Positions 62,929 through 64,000 of a stretch of 64,000 nucleotides of DNA are shown piece after piece. How positions within the stretch are numbered: the first letter of the stretch is position 1; every line of letters starts with the position of its first letter. Location: the NCBI GenBank assembly GCA_964350735.1, contig CAYGKO010000001.1, forward strand, positions 246,578-310,577, written 5' to 3'. The notes under the pieces were generated by a model. The model had not been told where the DNA came from. It made no database searches and saw only the letters and a list, made by a program, of their open reading frames with translations. Both the position numbers and the translations under genes were made by a program. Source of the DNA: an uncultured Candidatus Saccharibacteria bacterium (lineage in GTDB: Bacteria > Patescibacteriota > Minisyncoccia > Phycocordibacterales > UBA918).

Positions 62929-63834
62929 ATGATTTTAGAAGGAAACACGAGCGTCGTCGACGCCATTAAAGAAAAGAAGCGTCTGATGGAGGCGGGGGAG
63001 GCTCATGAACACATCAAACCGCTTTTGATTGTGGACGGTGGATTAATGAAGGGCGCTTATGGTGTGGGTGCCGGATTGGTGTTTGAGGAAGAGGGTTACA
63101 CAAAGACGTTCTCAAATGTAGTTGGTGTTTCTTCTGGTGCAGCGTCGGGCGCTTACTTTGTCGGAGGTAATGTATCGGTTGGTGCGACATTGATTTATGA
63201 AGAATGCTGCAGTTCAGACTTTATGAACCTGCGTACTTTTTCTGCTAATACCGAATTTGTCACAGACGTTTTAAAAGGTAAGACTGGAAAAGCAGTACTG
63301 CCTGAAAAAATATTTGCTTCAGATACTAATTTTTATGTTGGTGTATCTGAATACGAGACTGCTATTCCAAAACTAATTCAGCCACAAACTGAAGCGGATT
63401 TGTTTGACTCGCTACATGCTTCAATCTTAATGCCAACAATGTCGACGTATAGGTTGTGTATGAAGGGGGTCCGTTATGTAGACGGAGGTTTTTCAGCACC
63501 TCATATTATTGAACTTGCAGTGGAGAGTATTCCAGCAACTCATGTTTTAATTCTGACTAATCAAAATCATTTTGATAAAGGAGTGTCAATTTTGGAACAT
63601 ATCATGATTGAAACTTTTATGCGGTTTCGTATGAATAAACGTTTACGCTATGTTGCCCACAGAAGGAAAGGTGAGAGATTTAAGGCGTTGAATAAAATAG
63701 GAAAGATGACGAATGCTGCAGTGGCAACAGTGTGGGGAGACGGATCGATTGAAGGCTTAGAAAGAGATTCAAAGAAAGTGAAATCTGTAGTAGATAGGTC
63801 AAAAGTGTGGTGGCAGGAATTACTCGCAAAATAA
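62929..63834 (+). CDS. patatin-like phospholipase
   Basis: VDGGLMKGAYGVG (oxyanion DGGGxxG-like), GVSSG (GxSxG nucleophile), YVDGGFSAPH (catalytic DGG Asp); ATG 62929 preferred over the listed GTG 62908. Confidence 0.75.
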   Translation: MILEGNTSVVDAIKEKKRLMEAGEAHEHIKPLLIVDGGLMKGAYGVGAGLVFEEEGYTKTFSNVVGVSSGAASGAYFVGGNVSVGATLIYEECCSSDFMNLRTFSANTEFVTDVLKGKTGKAVLPEKIFASDTNFYVGVSEYETAIPKLIQPQTEADLFDSLHASILMPTMSTYRLCMKGVRYVDGGFSAPHIIELAVESIPATHVLILTNQNHFDKGVSILEHIMIETFMRFRMNKRLRYVAHRRKGERFKALNKIGKMTNAAVATVWGDGSIEGLERDSKKVKSVVDRSKVWWQELLAK

Positions 63835-63860
63835 GGCTAGTTCTGTATAATGGCGCCACT

Positions 63861-64000
63861 ATGAATGACAGCCAAAAACCAAAAGAAACTGAAACTATTA
63901 CAAATGAAGCGGATGTAAAAGTTGCTGAAAAAGAAATCAAGACTGAAAAGCCAGATTCGGCCAAAAAAGACGATAAAAAAGGGGTTAAAATGCCGAAGAT
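63861..64000 (+). CDS. 5' part of an ORF running off the window (MNDSQKPKETETITNEADVKV...)
   Basis: Open frame from ATG 63861 to the window end; Lys/Glu-rich. Confidence 0.25.
   Translation, partial: MNDSQKPKETETITNEADVKVAEKEIKTEKPDSAKKDDKKGVKMPK

Noticed and set aside
1-64000. Searched for CRISPR arrays, rRNA genes, canonical tRNAs, transposase/integrase genes
   Set aside because: No regularly spaced short direct repeats with unique spacers; no rRNA-like conserved stretches; the only tRNA-like T-arm/acceptor (GGTTCAACTCCCGCCA) belongs to the tmRNA; no ORF with integrase/transposase motifs.

Overview
This 64 kb window looks like part of a small, gene-dense bacterial chromosome. Extended ribosomal proteins (S5, S12, S19, IF-3), absence of L30 between S5 and L15, and many leaderless-style promoters are compatible with a Patescibacteria/CPR-like organism, but taxonomy cannot be proven from sequence alone. 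The translation-machinery backbone is conserved but unusually fragmented: rpsL-rpsG stand without fusA, fusA stands alone, the S19-to-L5 block is cut off by a terminator from the S14-to-secY block, and adk-map and infC / rpmI-rplT are also separated by insertions. Interleaved are accessory loci.

The main accessory loci, in order along the window:
- a ComEC gene split into a competence-domain gene and an MBL-domain gene, with an Fe/Mn superoxide dismutase gene wedged antisense between the halves;
- an msrA gene flanked by short pseudogene remnants of its own 5' and 3' ends plus several hairpins;
- an NrtR-type regulator beside a convergent nadM(Nudix)-nadV NAD salvage operon with candidate palindromic operators;
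- a pyridine-nucleotide-disulfide oxidoreductase fused to a DedA/VTT membrane domain;
- a 3.2 kb three-gene insertion (JAB-like protein, 2-TM peptide, DsbA-like protein whose CxxC is replaced by DPFS) inside the spc ribosomal operon;
- a flavin module (ApbE flavin transferase + TM-anchored FMN-binding protein + membrane/FNR-like reductase);
- a membrane-anchored histone-H1-like lysine-rich protein convergent with a SET-domain methyltransferase;
- a cluster of acidic low-complexity secreted proteins with a thermonuclease and a lone receiver domain;
- a tmRNA (ssrA)-smpB locus in which the tmRNA 3' end is followed by three tandem, integrase-less islets bounded by att-like direct repeats and a 57 bp repeat. 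The islets carry mazEF, a PurM-like enzyme and an HxlR regulator.

Several strong hairpin terminators, short unannotated ORFs coupled by TGATG stop-start overlaps, and two candidate structured RNA elements were also found. No CRISPR, rRNA or canonical tRNA genes were seen.

Coordinates of non-ORF features are approximate (within about 2 nt).
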